Virus record (IMG/VR): IMGVR_UViG_3300031231_000003 | Location: 1 to 64,000 of that record | Length of the DNA: 64,000 nt | Strand: one strand, 5' to 3' | Source of the DNA: a virus | In this document: positions 38,180 through 48,770 of the stretch, piece after piece | Layout of the letters: each line of letters begins with the position of its first letter | Numbering within the stretch: position 1 is the first letter of the stretch | Notes under the pieces: generated by a model | What the model was told of the DNA's origin: nothing | Seen by the model: only the letters and a program-made list of their open reading frames with translations | Databases searched by the model: none | Program-made: the position numbers and the translations under genes

Positions 38180-39107
38180 TGATCAACGATTCAAAGATTG
38201 AAATGTACTTTTTCACGACGTTCTTGATATCGATATCGAGATGTTTTCCCAGAGATGATGTTTCGGGGAGTAGAGATATTTGATTGACATCAATGAGAGG
38301 AGGATTTTCGTAATCAATCAACTCGTAAGAGTAGTCTTTTGGTTCCAATAATTGGACACCAAATCCTTGAACGAGTTCTTTCGTTCCACCGAGATTCGAA
38401 CAAATCACGGGAGTTCCCTGCATCAGTGATTCAATCACCGTATTGGGGCAATGATCGAGGTACGCGAGATGGATCATCCAGTCTGACACAGCAAATACCT
38501 GTTCGCAAATTTCATGTGGAAGATTGCCAGTGTAAAAAAGATCATTACCCGAAATTTGTTCGGCATTGTTACCCATAATGATCATGCAGGAGTTTTGATA
38601 GAGGCCGTTCTTCAGATGCCGAAACAGTTCAACGTTTTGTCGTAACCGTTTTTGACCGTGCCAATTAGCGGAACAACAAAAAATCTTGTCGTACGTTTGA
38701 CGTAGTTTGAGAATTTCAGAAGCGATGTCGGATTCATTCTTGATTGGATCAATGTAGATTCCGTTATGGACGACAGAACCTGATCGATTTCCCCACCAAT
38801 GAGTGACCATGTTCTTGTCGAATTCCGATTGCCAGATGACATGATCAACGAACTCATAGCTTCTCTTGATTCCTCGATTCTTGATCTTGAATTCATTCTC
38901 ATCCTTGAACCAAATTCCGTCCAAACGAAGGACGACGGGGGCTTTGTAATCACGAAACGATGTTTCAATGAATGCAAGGACTACATCGTAGTCATTATCA
39001 TCCGCAATGACGTGTCCTTGATTCAATAATTCGGTCGCTAAACGTTGAGCGAAACTATTGGGACCTGTTCGACTTTGAAAATCGCATCCATCGAAAAGAA
39101 CTTTCAT
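38163..39107 (-). CDS. GT4-like glycosyltransferase (start MKVLFDG at 39107)
   Basis: TGPNSF, RLDG, QSEF, DHCPNTVIESL, GGTKEL. Confidence 0.85.
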   Translation of the reverse strand: MKVLFDGCDFQSRTGPNSFAQRLATELLNQGHVIADDNDYDVVLAFIETSFRDYKAPVVLRLDGIWFKDENEFKIKNRGIKRSYEFVDHVIWQSEFDKNMVTHWWGNRSGSVVHNGIYIDPIKNESDIASEILKLRQTYDKIFCCSANWHGQKRLRQNVELFRHLKNGLYQNSCMIIMGNNAEQISGNDLFYTGNLPHEICEQVFAVSDWMIHLAYLDHCPNTVIESLMQGTPVICSNLGGTKELVQGFGVQLLEPKDYSYELIDYENPPLIDVNQISLLPETSSLGKHLDIDIKNVVKKYISIFESLINEVNL

Positions 39108-39657
39108 CGAAAGTACCGAGCGACGCCAAAAGCACAGGCGGCGAAGAAGCAAGCAGTGAATTCGTTCCCTCGGCCGTATACGAATAGACAAATTGTGCAT
39201 CCAGCACAAGCTACGAAAAACCCGAGACCCGTAAAAAACATTCGTGGGGATTTCATCAACGTGTCCCCAACAAACGAGCACGGAGCGAAAGGATGCTCGA
39301 CGTGAACACAACGACGTTGACAATCACGCACATAGTATAGCAAATTTGATATGCTACCTTGTCAAAATGAACATCGAGCGCCTTACCGCCGCAAAGACAC
39401 ACAACGATCAAACAGAACAAACAAAAAAGATCATAGATGATTCTCTTCTTCACTGTGACCTCCGTATGAAACGTACTTGTCGTACAATCGTCTTGCTTGA
39501 ATCGCAACAATCGTCATGAAACAACCAAAGAACAACGACCACAATGCTTTGCTAGTTGATTCAGAAATCAAAAAGTAAAAGAGGGGTGGTAAAGCACACA
39601 CGATGTAAATCATGATTCGATTCATATCGTTAATTACATCTTCCACGCGAATTTTCA

Positions 39658-40023
39658 TCAATTCCTCCTTTTAAGGGCTTCGATCACTTCGATCTTGAAA
39701 TCGGTGCCTTCGAACAATGCAAGCATCGTCACAAGATCCTTGTTGTTGATATTCTCGAGCCTTGCTCGTTTATCAAAAATGTTGGGATCGAGCTCTTGAT
39801 TATTGTTAATCAAAATTCCGTCATAGAATTGTTGAGCAACATAATTGCAACATTCGTTCGAGATCTTCAATTCTGCATTCTCAGCGATGAGTTGAACGGT
39901 TCCAAATACGGTTTCGTAGATCGCTAAACACGTTGTTTTGTCAAGAGGTCGACCATCAGTGAACTTCGTTAAATTCTGTGAAAGAAGTCTCGAGAAGGAT
40001 TCGTAAAACGTTTGTTTCACCAT
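39658..40023 (-). CDS. hypothetical protein
   Basis: 121-aa ORF. Confidence 0.6.
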   Translation of the reverse strand: MVKQTFYESFSRLLSQNLTKFTDGRPLDKTTCLAIYETVFGTVQLIAENAELKISNECCNYVAQQFYDGILINNNQELDPNIFDKRARLENINNKDLVTMLALFEGTDFKIEVIEALKRRN

Positions 40024-40306
40024 ACAAATGGATCTTACTTCTTTCTTTCAATGCATGTTTGAGAAAGAAGCGAGACATTTGCACGATTCAACAAATCACG
40101 AGCATTCTTCACTTCATGGTAGCAATCAAGCTCAAGTGAGCCGCAAAATTCACCGATGGACGTTTGTGAACACCATTGGTGAGTTTTAATGTATTGTTCA
40201 CGAAGATGAATGGCGTCGAATGCATGCCAGAATGCCCATACTCCAAACACAACTATTCCCAATACCGCTAACCAACCACAAAATCCCACGATTGCTTTTG
40301 CAAACA

Positions 40307-41239
40307 TCAAACTTTCTCCATGAATTTCACGTATTCATCAATACAAGAATCCCAGGATTGAAAGTGAGTTGGGTTCTTGGTGAATTTCCTCTCAAGCAAG
40401 ATTTGTTCTAGCTGGTTGAAGCTCTTGAACATGTGATCGGCGCCTGCAAATTCGACCGAACCGCCTCCATCAGAATGGACGTACGTTGGAAGTTCACAGG
40501 TCACGGCTTCGATGATCGAATTCGGACCGGGATCGAACAATGATTCAGAAAAGTAAACATCGTGTTTTCCAAGCTCCTCGCCCAGTTTCTGCCCGCTCAA
40601 CGGGCGAACGATCGTCGAATGCTTGAGATTGCATTGAGTGCGACCAATGAACGTGAACTGGTATTCATCCTTTCGCTTGGCTATGAAGTCCTTGTCGAGC
40701 CACTCAGTGATGTTCCCTGACTTACGACGATTATCACTCCAGTGGTGGGAAACGATGTTCACCTTCCCGTTGTTCAACTTTTCTTGAGGTTTGAAGATGT
40801 CCCTGTCAACCCCGTTGACAATGACCGTATTGTTCTTGCATTTCCATCCTCGATCATCGAAATACCCTCGCAACCATTCAGAAACGAACACTGTTGCATC
40901 GATCATTCCTGAAACCTTGATCAACTTGTCATCTACGTCGGTGGTTCCCTTCCGAGCGTCATTCTCATTCACTCGAAGAACGATCTTCAGCTTATGATTG
41001 TACGTCATCTTGTACATCAAAGCCTGATCGATGCTTATTCCCGTTCCATCGTTATCGAGACCCACGATCAACATTGCATCGGGATTCGCCTTGGGATCAG
41101 TTGGCATGCAAAGAACATGAGATTTATCACCGGCTTTTTCACGTGCTTCAAAGTGGTTGAAAAAGCCGCGCACAAAATTATTTCCCCCGCCGAACGGCCC
41201 AGAACGGTATTGACGATTGATGTAAAGTTTCATTTCCAA
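40307..41239 (-). CDS. GT4-like glycosyltransferase
   Basis: GPFGGGNNF, FVSEW, NGVD, DPGPNSIIEA. Confidence 0.85.
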   Translation of the reverse strand: MEMKLYINRQYRSGPFGGGNNFVRGFFNHFEAREKAGDKSHVLCMPTDPKANPDAMLIVGLDNDGTGISIDQALMYKMTYNHKLKIVLRVNENDARKGTTDVDDKLIKVSGMIDATVFVSEWLRGYFDDRGWKCKNNTVIVNGVDRDIFKPQEKLNNGKVNIVSHHWSDNRRKSGNITEWLDKDFIAKRKDEYQFTFIGRTQCNLKHSTIVRPLSGQKLGEELGKHDVYFSESLFDPGPNSIIEAVTCELPTYVHSDGGGSVEFAGADHMFKSFNQLEQILLERKFTKNPTHFQSWDSCIDEYVKFMEKV

Positions 41240-41446
41240 TCCTTAATCGTTTTCTCGATCTCAAGAAGCGTCAGATCACGTTCTTCAACGTTCGTTTCAT
41301 CCATCAACATTTCGAGCAATTCGTACATTCCTTGATCAAAGGTTGCAATACAATAAACGTTCGTGAGAAATTCATCATTGAATGAACCTTCGTTCGTCAA
41401 ATTTTCGATTATTGTCTGAAGTTTAACGAATTGATCGACCGTTGTT

Positions 41447-41662
41447 CTAAACGGGATCATTGATGACCCACTTCATGCAAGCTGCACACGCCTTCGTAGA
41501 GTTCTCGGCTTTACCTATGAACCATTTGACACATTCGTTAGTGTCACACCGAAAAACGTTTCCGTCCAGGTGGCTCCATTCTTCGGACGCAATTTCACAA
41601 GGTGTCGGAATGTAGGGCTTAATCTCGCAGGCGAGAATGCAAAATAAAAACAAGAATTTCAT
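41447..41662 (-). CDS. small Cys-rich putative lipoprotein
   Basis: MKFLFLFCILAC signal/lipobox-like. Confidence 0.45.
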   Translation of the reverse strand: MKFLFLFCILACEIKPYIPTPCEIASEEWSHLDGNVFRCDTNECVKWFIGKAENSTKACAACMKWVINDPV

Positions 41663-42037
41663 CGTATTTCACTTGAGATAAATTCACTCGGATGTTCGTG
41701 AATGTACTTTGTATTGCGATTCAGTATGTACACAAAGCTAATCAACGAAAGACAAACATACACCGTTGCTAGCTTCTTTAGATGGATCATCATGACAACG
41801 ATAACACACTTCAAGGGCGTATGAAACTTATTTGTCTCGAACCGTGTTCTTTGTCACTAACGTTAAATTCTACACGATCAATCAAGGATCCTGCCACAAA
41901 GATCAACAATGAAATGTAGTCGTACTTTGAAAACTTGTTGTGCTTGAATTCTATCGAACGATCCTGTAAAATGAACTTGTAATCGTATTCCGCAATCAAC
42001 ATTCCGTTAATGAACAACATCGTGCTGATGGGAGATT

Positions 42038-42799
42038 TCATTCGATGTAACCACGTGATCTTAGGTAGATTGCCTCATCACGCTGGTATTTCGCATCATC
42101 CGTTTGAAAGTTCTCAGGATTCATGGGACAAAAGTAACTGTACATCACCATTGGTACGTACACGTTCTTCTTTGAATTACGAAGGACTGGTAGATGAAAG
42201 GTTTGATCACCGATTCTCTTGAAATACTCACCATTCACATCACGATAATTCTCATCCTTCACGTTGTTCAACAATCGTTTACGAAACGTCTTGAGATGAG
42301 ATGTCACCCAAGGAGTTTTGTACGGATCGGAACCCGATGGAAATTCGCTTGAAATATTTTGAAATGATACTTGATGATCATCGTGCCATCGATGCGCAGT
42401 GTGAAGTGATTCACAGCCCGTTCGTTCGTACACGTTATCAATGATCCTGAACGCATCAAGATCTGTTAAAAAATCGTCTGCATCAATGCGAACAACGATA
42501 TCGTCATCATTGCAAGACTTGAGTCCTTGTAAAACATTCGCAACTTCCCATTTTTTCTCAGAATTCCAGATCACGTGAATTCTTGGTTGGTTAAATTCTT
42601 CATGTCGTAAGAATTCGATTGATTGAAATCCGCTCAAAATTTCTTGAATTTTAACTCGATCATCACTGGATGAAACATCATCGATCAAGATCAATTTCCA
42701 GTTTTCGTACGATTGTCCAACGATCGAATGTAACATGCGAGAAAGTGTTTTCGTCGCATTGAACATGGGTGAGATAATGATGAATTTATTTTTCACCAT
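42038..42799 (-). CDS. GT2 glycosyltransferase
   Basis: ISPMFNA, SIVGQSY, IDDVSS, IDADDFL. Confidence 0.9.
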   Translation of the reverse strand: MVKNKFIIISPMFNATKTLSRMLHSIVGQSYENWKLILIDDVSSSDDRVKIQEILSGFQSIEFLRHEEFNQPRIHVIWNSEKKWEVANVLQGLKSCNDDDIVVRIDADDFLTDLDAFRIIDNVYERTGCESLHTAHRWHDDHQVSFQNISSEFPSGSDPYKTPWVTSHLKTFRKRLLNNVKDENYRDVNGEYFKRIGDQTFHLPVLRNSKKNVYVPMVMYSYFCPMNPENFQTDDAKYQRDEAIYLRSRGYIE

Positions 42800-43536
42800 G
42801 TTTCCTTCAAAAGTTGTTCCTTTGAAAACAGAATTTGGCCATAATCAATTTGTTCATCCGTATAACATCTATCGTCAAAAAAGATCCTACGATCCGCACG
42901 AATGAATTCGGGTTCAACGTAACCATTTGCCTTCCAGTCGAATTCATCAATTGCCTTTCGACATTGAATTCCCGGATCGTTCTTTGAAGGAAGATGGTAA
43001 TCATCACAAAGGATCAAACCATCACAAAGTTTATTCGAAGAATCAAGATCATTTTTCACATCAATGTAGTCGTGAGAACCATCGATGTAGATAAGATCGA
43101 ACCTTTGATTGTTCAACATCGGAAACACTGAGTTAGATGTTCCCTTCACGAAGTTGATCATTGAAAACCATTCTTGCGGAAACACCGTTCGACATTGTCC
43201 AAAGAATTGTTCATTAGGATTCGGATCAATTGTCACGATCTTTCCTTGAATTCCCATATCATGAAAAGCTTTGGCCGCGCAGAACGATGTGAACCCACGG
43301 CCGGTTCCGATCTCGAGCATTGATTTCAAGCTGTACGCACGAATCAACGAGTAGACAAGAATACCCCTCTCGTAATTGGGACGAAACAGCGCCCCCACTC
43401 GAGAATAGAGCGGATCCGAAGGTTCACGCATCTTTTGCGCTGTCATTGAACCAATTTTGTCGAAGTCTCCCAACGAGAGATTTTCGAGCTCAATTCCAAT
43501 GTCTTTTAACTTTTGCTTGATATGAACGATCTTCAT
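42793..43536 (-). CDS. SAM methyltransferase (Methyltransf_24-like)
   Basis: MLEIGTGRG, TIDP, FDLIYIDGSH, CDDY. Confidence 0.85.
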   Translation of the reverse strand: MKIVHIKQKLKDIGIELENLSLGDFDKIGSMTAQKMREPSDPLYSRVGALFRPNYERGILVYSLIRAYSLKSMLEIGTGRGFTSFCAAKAFHDMGIQGKIVTIDPNPNEQFFGQCRTVFPQEWFSMINFVKGTSNSVFPMLNNQRFDLIYIDGSHDYIDVKNDLDSSNKLCDGLILCDDYHLPSKNDPGIQCRKAIDEFDWKANGYVEPEFIRADRRIFFDDRCYTDEQIDYGQILFSKEQLLKETW

Positions 43537-45470
43537 GGTACCTTTGATTCTACATTTTGCATGATCTTGGGTTCATCACGTCGTATTGAAACGTGAGGTA
43601 AAAATTCACCATTGAACTTGGTGTGAAATACATGTCCAGAAGTTTTCTCAAGTTCAACTACTAAATTCTTGATCATTTCGTCCGTAACCTCCGACCACGG
43701 ACAATCAAAGAACATGTTATTCTCTTTCGTGTCCTCAATGTTCAGGTTCCAAAGGCTCAACCAGTGCTTTTGCCACGTATCACGGTACAACCTGATCTTT
43801 CGTTCAAAATCAACCCAAGAGTAGTGGAAAACTGTGGGAAGTTGTTCGATCACGGCATTGAACCACTCATTGTATTGTTCAACAGATTCCTTGTGTTCGA
43901 TCATTGCATTTCGTCGAATGACATCAACATCCTGTGAATAAAAATTCATGCAAGGTATGATTTCAAGCGTTGATTTTGAAATGTAATCACAACCATCGGA
44001 ACCTCGTAATGAATACATTTTTCCTTGATCATCAAACGCTCGAAGTGGGCCGGGAATTCCATGTGTGATATCATGATCATTACGAGACACCCTCCATTTC
44101 CAGGGACCGATGTCGAGACGAACCTTCTTCTTTTCTTTTCCCCAGAATTCAATGACGGGTAAAGCGAGTAAATCCGCGGCCTTTGGAAATTTCACACAAA
44201 TATCAATGATCTTTTGACCATCACCGTCACCCATGACCTCATCAGCGTCCATTTGAACGCAAAATTCCTTCGTACACATCTCACGGGCTAGTGCCTTTTG
44301 TTCACCATCAAACACTGACGCTCGAAGATCCGTCCAATCACGAAGTGTCTGCTTAATCTTTACTTTTGATTCACTTTGAGAGATCTTTTGCAAAAATTCC
44401 CAGGTTCCATCATTACTTCCACCATCTAGAATGCAAACTTCATCACAGAAACTTAGCAATGATTCAATGCATTGCTTGTACGGATACTTTTGCTTTTCGC
44501 AATTGTACGTTGTGAGGTAGCCGCTCACAGCAGGAACATGATCAATCGACCTCTTGATACCGTTCCAAAAAATGCCCGGGGCCGCATAAAGATAACTTTC
44601 AATCAACGAAAGATCCTTCGTATCAAACCATTCTTCGTTTGCATGAAGAACGTTTTCGTTCAGCTCCAGTTCACAACCCAATAACTTGGCTTCAATTACT
44701 TGACGAGGACAAGTATCCGATCCAGGAGGAAGATAAACGTAACCCTTTGATTCAGCAAAAATCTCCAACATCTTATCGTAAGGAACGTTCCAGATCACCT
44801 GATGATTCAGGTTCCTCTCTTTACAGAATTCAACAGCTTTTTCAGCGCCCTTGATCCAAGAATTGGAACCGCAAGTGATCCAGGAATCGTTCTTAGTCCA
44901 GCTACCCGTGTTAGCGATCTGGTTCCTTAAGAGCTTGAACTTGAGCAACGTTTGCTTATCGAACACACTAGATAGAACAAAGTTATCGTTGCGAGCCAGG
45001 AATGGGAACAAATCGATGTACTTGTCCATCTGTTTCTCGCTCATCCACCACAACGATTGTGCTCCGTGGTAGAATGCACTGACGACCTTTCCATTCAATT
45101 CCTGATGACATTGACACGGAGAGTGAGTGACGGATTCATGTTTCTCGGGTGATCTGAACCTGCAGTACTTGAAATCGTATTCAAGGATCGAGTATCGCAT
45201 GTTTGCGATGATCGTGGGAATCAGATTTGAATTGAGCTCAGAGAAGTTACCAAAGATCCAGAACAACTTGTGGTGTTGTTCGAGCATCTCAATTGTAACA
45301 TCCTTCGAGTGAACCTTCGCGACCTTGTAGGGACTCTCATTGATCAGAGCTTGACTCGTGAGCTCAGCTCCTCCAACGTAATCTTCAATGAAATAATCAG
45401 ATACGAAGATTATCTGCGTCAAAGGATCTATCTTTGTACCAGTTTCTGCGAAGAGCGACTCAGTGAACAT
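43533..45470 (-). CDS. bifunctional glycosyltransferase (GT-B + GT2)
   Basis: N-half GGAE...DTCPRQVIEAKLLG; C-half YN...CIESL...LDGGSNDGT...QMDADE. Confidence 0.85.
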   Translation of the reverse strand: MFTESLFAETGTKIDPLTQIIFVSDYFIEDYVGGAELTSQALINESPYKVAKVHSKDVTIEMLEQHHKLFWIFGNFSELNSNLIPTIIANMRYSILEYDFKYCRFRSPEKHESVTHSPCQCHQELNGKVVSAFYHGAQSLWWMSEKQMDKYIDLFPFLARNDNFVLSSVFDKQTLLKFKLLRNQIANTGSWTKNDSWITCGSNSWIKGAEKAVEFCKERNLNHQVIWNVPYDKMLEIFAESKGYVYLPPGSDTCPRQVIEAKLLGCELELNENVLHANEEWFDTKDLSLIESYLYAAPGIFWNGIKRSIDHVPAVSGYLTTYNCEKQKYPYKQCIESLLSFCDEVCILDGGSNDGTWEFLQKISQSESKVKIKQTLRDWTDLRASVFDGEQKALAREMCTKEFCVQMDADEVMGDGDGQKIIDICVKFPKAADLLALPVIEFWGKEKKKVRLDIGPWKWRVSRNDHDITHGIPGPLRAFDDQGKMYSLRGSDGCDYISKSTLEIIPCMNFYSQDVDVIRRNAMIEHKESVEQYNEWFNAVIEQLPTVFHYSWVDFERKIRLYRDTWQKHWLSLWNLNIEDTKENNMFFDCPWSEVTDEMIKNLVVELEKTSGHVFHTKFNGEFLPHVSIRRDEPKIMQNVESKVP

Positions 45471-45479
45471 GATTGTTGA

Positions 45480-45850
45480 TCATACAAATATCCTGAACAT
45501 TGTATTTGAAATCCTGATCTGTTCACTTCAATTGTTATATACTTACAAACACTCTTGCACGCTGATCAGAATCACTCAGAAACGACGACTAACGCCGCAC
45601 TGAATTCAACTGAATATCGTACTGGAACTACTCACAACGAAACTATCTTCGAACACAATCAATCAACGAACATACTGTAACTCAGCTTAACGACGACAAA
45701 CGACGCTTGCTTTGATCTGGATCTTGGTGCTCGCGCATCGACACGGAATTGAAGGGAACTATTCTAATCCACCTGTTCGGGTACAGATTCAGTGTACGAC
45801 TTGACGAACAGTGAGTTCATGGTAACCATCGTTTTGTCAAATTGGAAGGC
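45480..45850. other. long non-coding, compositionally skewed region (origin candidate)
   Basis: About 370 nt without an ORF; A/C-rich on +; recurring AACGACGAC and ACTCA; near the switch from - to + gene orientation. Confidence 0.35.
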
Positions 45851-45856
45851 CTTGAG

Positions 45857-46294
45857 TTAAATATTTTCTTTATGTTTTCGTTCCAACATCATAAGTGTGA
45901 TGTATCTTTTGCGAAGCAATTTTAGTAATTTTCTACGTTGTTTTCTAATTGGAATAGGTACATATTTTCTTTTTTGATGGCTAGTTGATGACGGTATTTG
46001 AGGATGATAACCGCCTTCATGGACGTTTAAGCACCCACCCATTTCAGTTTTAAATTTTTTGATCAATTTTGTTTCAAGATTGGCACAATCATTCAATGAG
46101 CCTTCGTAAATTACTTTGAATTCAAATGATTCACATTTTCTCCAAAAGTGGTATATACGATTCGTATCGTGGTTTTTCATGTTTGTGATATGTTGTAGCA
46201 ATCGAGATTTCCAATCATTGGTGATACCGATATAAATTGCGGGATATTTGAGTGGTTTGCTCAATTTAAGTTTGATTGCATAAACATGTGGCAT
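45857..46294 (-). CDS. GIY-YIG endonuclease (start MPHVYA)
   Basis: HVYA...IYIGIT...RLLQH...LE...LN; start codon lies inside the hairpin ATGTGGCAT-AC-ATGCCACAT. Confidence 0.7.
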   Translation of the reverse strand: MPHVYAIKLKLSKPLKYPAIYIGITNDWKSRLLQHITNMKNHDTNRIYHFWRKCESFEFKVIYEGSLNDCANLETKLIKKFKTEMGGCLNVHEGGYHPQIPSSTSHQKRKYVPIPIRKQRRKLLKLLRKRYITLMMLERKHKENI

Positions 46295-46351
46295 ACATGC
46301 CACATAACATAAGTTTGTACAAAGAACATTACAAAATTTAAAATTCATTCA

Positions 46352-47593
46352 ATGAAAGTTTACAACGTTTCAAGCATGAATGAATCGCTTGAACGTGTTC
46401 GAACGAAGTTCGATGAATTGTTCAAATCAACGTTGACGATGCGATCAACGGACGAGAGAAACGTTCTCAACACTCAGTTGCAGGTTGTGTCCGATTACAG
46501 GTTCGCTATCGACATTGATAGGACGATCCATGATCTCGTTGTGATTCATGCGTTAAAAGCAGAGGCCGCCTCCCCTGGATCATTTCGTGAATGCATTGAG
46601 TTGACGATCGATGAATTGTCGTCGATCAATTGGGGTAATCAAGATTCAACTGTTGATGATTCATCACGTGACAACGTCGAGCTTTTGACGACGGCCCCAC
46701 GAGTTAGTGACATCGATTGGATCATTTCAATTTTTTGTGATCGAAGCATGATCGATCTCGTTCGATCGATCCTTGATATGACGGGATTTTCCGGTCGAGT
46801 ATCGATCGAACGATCAAGCGCGAACATTGATATCGTTGAACAATTCGACGGTCATTCGTTCGATTTCAATGTTGCGTTCAACGTAAAGAAAACGATCTTG
46901 ACCTCCCCGAAGGTTCTTTTGATCGATGGTTACGTTGAAAGCGTGTCAGAAATTCACCACTTTCTAACACTGGCAAACGATACGAAGGAAACGATCTTGA
47001 TGTTCTCACGAGGAATGTCAAATGATGTCGTTCACACGTTGAAGACGAATTTTGACCGAAAAACGTTGAACGTGATTCCGATTCTCGTTGACTTCGATTT
47101 CGATGGTATCAATTCGCTTGCTGACTTGAGCGTGATCTCGGGTGTGGATGTTGTCTCTGCTTTGAGGGGAGATTTACTGAGCTCCATCGAATTGAACTCG
47201 CTGCGATCGATAGATTCAGCCATCATTGAACAGAAACACGTTGTGATGAAGACGAACGCATCGGCCCGGATCCTTGATCATGTTAATTCATTGAAAAAGA
47301 AACGAGATGATTCAGAAAACGATATCGTGAAAGCATCGTTCGACTCGAGGATCAAGTCAATGTTGAGCAATCACGTGATCGTTAGGTTGCGAAACGATAG
47401 CAACATCGTGTACAGGACGCAGTGCATCGATCACGTGTTACGAGCCTACAAATCATTGATGTCTAACGGGACAATCGTTCGCGATGGCGAGAAGATGCTA
47501 GCAATGTCGGTCACGTCTGCAAAATTGCACGCAAAAAATTGCGTGAATTCAATCAGGAACTTGGGAGCGATAGTGATCAAATCTCAGAAATGA
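46352..47593 (+). CDS. degenerate GroEL/Cpn60-like protein
   Basis: PKVLLIDGYVESVSEI, LADLSVISG and RIKSML...VIVRL map onto chaperonin apical/intermediate domains; no GDGTTT. Confidence 0.65.
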   Translation: MKVYNVSSMNESLERVRTKFDELFKSTLTMRSTDERNVLNTQLQVVSDYRFAIDIDRTIHDLVVIHALKAEAASPGSFRECIELTIDELSSINWGNQDSTVDDSSRDNVELLTTAPRVSDIDWIISIFCDRSMIDLVRSILDMTGFSGRVSIERSSANIDIVEQFDGHSFDFNVAFNVKKTILTSPKVLLIDGYVESVSEIHHFLTLANDTKETILMFSRGMSNDVVHTLKTNFDRKTLNVIPILVDFDFDGINSLADLSVISGVDVVSALRGDLLSSIELNSLRSIDSAIIEQKHVVMKTNASARILDHVNSLKKKRDDSENDIVKASFDSRIKSMLSNHVIVRLRNDSNIVYRTQCIDHVLRAYKSLMSNGTIVRDGEKMLAMSVTSAKLHAKNCVNSIRNLGAIVIKSQK

Positions 47594-47802
47594 GGTAAAT
47601 ATTTCCCCATGAAAACGGAACGTATGGTATTGAATACGTGATGTGACCGTTTTCAACTGAAATGTCGACTGAGAAACGTGAAAAATTTCGACTAAGATGA
47701 GCGAAAGTCATACAAAACGTTGGGCGAACATGACGATCGAACAACGTGAAGCAATTCGTTTAAAAATGAGAAAACCGAAACGACCTCGAACGAAACGAAG
47801 TT

Positions 47803-48756
47803 TTATATTTTGATATTATCGTGCCAGGCAAGGACCGCGATAATTTTGCGAACCGTCTCAGAATCAATGTTTCCGAATTTATCTTCCATCGATGCGTAAA
47901 GTTCGTTCGCCGTCTTCACCGCCTGTTTCTTTGAAGCGCTTAGCTTATTTACGACATCGTCCGCGCCAGCGGTCGCTTTACTTGATGAGGGATCCGAAAT
48001 GTTGCTCGAGCCCGTGGGTTGTGAGACGTTAGTTTGTTCAGTTCCTGAAGTCTGAAACGTTTGCTTCGCAGCAGTGTTTTGTGCCCCAGTGAGAGATTTT
48101 GCAATTTCCGATACGTTGCTCAATTTTTCAACGATCTCCTTCGAGATCTCTTCGATCTTGCCCACGTTCGCATTCATCAGATCTTTTGCAATCTCGCTAA
48201 AGTTGCTCTTGATGTACTTTTTTTGCTAATTCTTTGAAAGCTTCTTCATCGCACCGTCGGGCTGAAATCCCTTGATGATCAGATCACGCAAATTTTCGCT
48301 TCGGAGACGGTCGTCCGTGATCCCGCTGATCGTCGTTTGATCGGTTGAACCAACGATGAGTTCCTTCAACGTTTTGTCTTCAGGATTGTCGACACCCGTC
48401 TTCTTCGCCTCAATGTACGTTGAAAAGTCCTCAAAAAAGTTCTTGAGTGCGTCACAGAACGCAAAAGCGTCGATCAGAGGATTCTGTGATTGCTTGAACA
48501 AGCTGATGAACTTTTTGATCAATCCCGTATCCGACTTGCTTGAAAGGACGGAATCAACATCGTGAACCGCGGAATCTCTCGCTGCCGCCAACGACTTCAA
48601 TCCTGCTTGAGAGAACTTGATTGATTGCAACGATTTGAAAATTTCAGTCGCTTGTTTCATCAAATCCTTACTGAAGGCTTCAAGGATCGTTCTTTCGAAC
48701 AGGATCTCTTTCTTACGAAGATAAGATTCCTTCAATGATACGTTTGATTTGTACAT
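47803..48756 (-). CDS. probable virion/head protein interrupted by one in-frame TAG (48226-48228)
   Basis: The two ORFs are in the same frame (...SKN*QKKYIK...MNANV); ATATTTA upstream; LKE/ILE motifs at the N-terminus. Confidence 0.6.
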
Positions 48757-48770
48757 TATGAACGATAAAT

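Noticed and set aside
39108-39323. Long N-terminal extension of the GT4 ORF 38163-39323
   Set aside because: The sequence is not GT-like and overlaps small membrane ORFs in other frames; the GT starts at MKVLFDG
25833-45470. Bacterial chromosome O-antigen locus or eukaryotic giant virus origin
   Set aside because: No wzx/wzy/ABC export genes; interspersed small phage-type ORFs, homing endonucleases, sigma factors and coupled operons fit a jumbo phage
47610-47812. Possible gene between the GroEL-like and head-like genes
   Set aside because: Only a broken basic fragment resembling a homing endonuclease DNA-binding tail (MSESHTKRWANMT...) plus a hairpin; treated as a remnant
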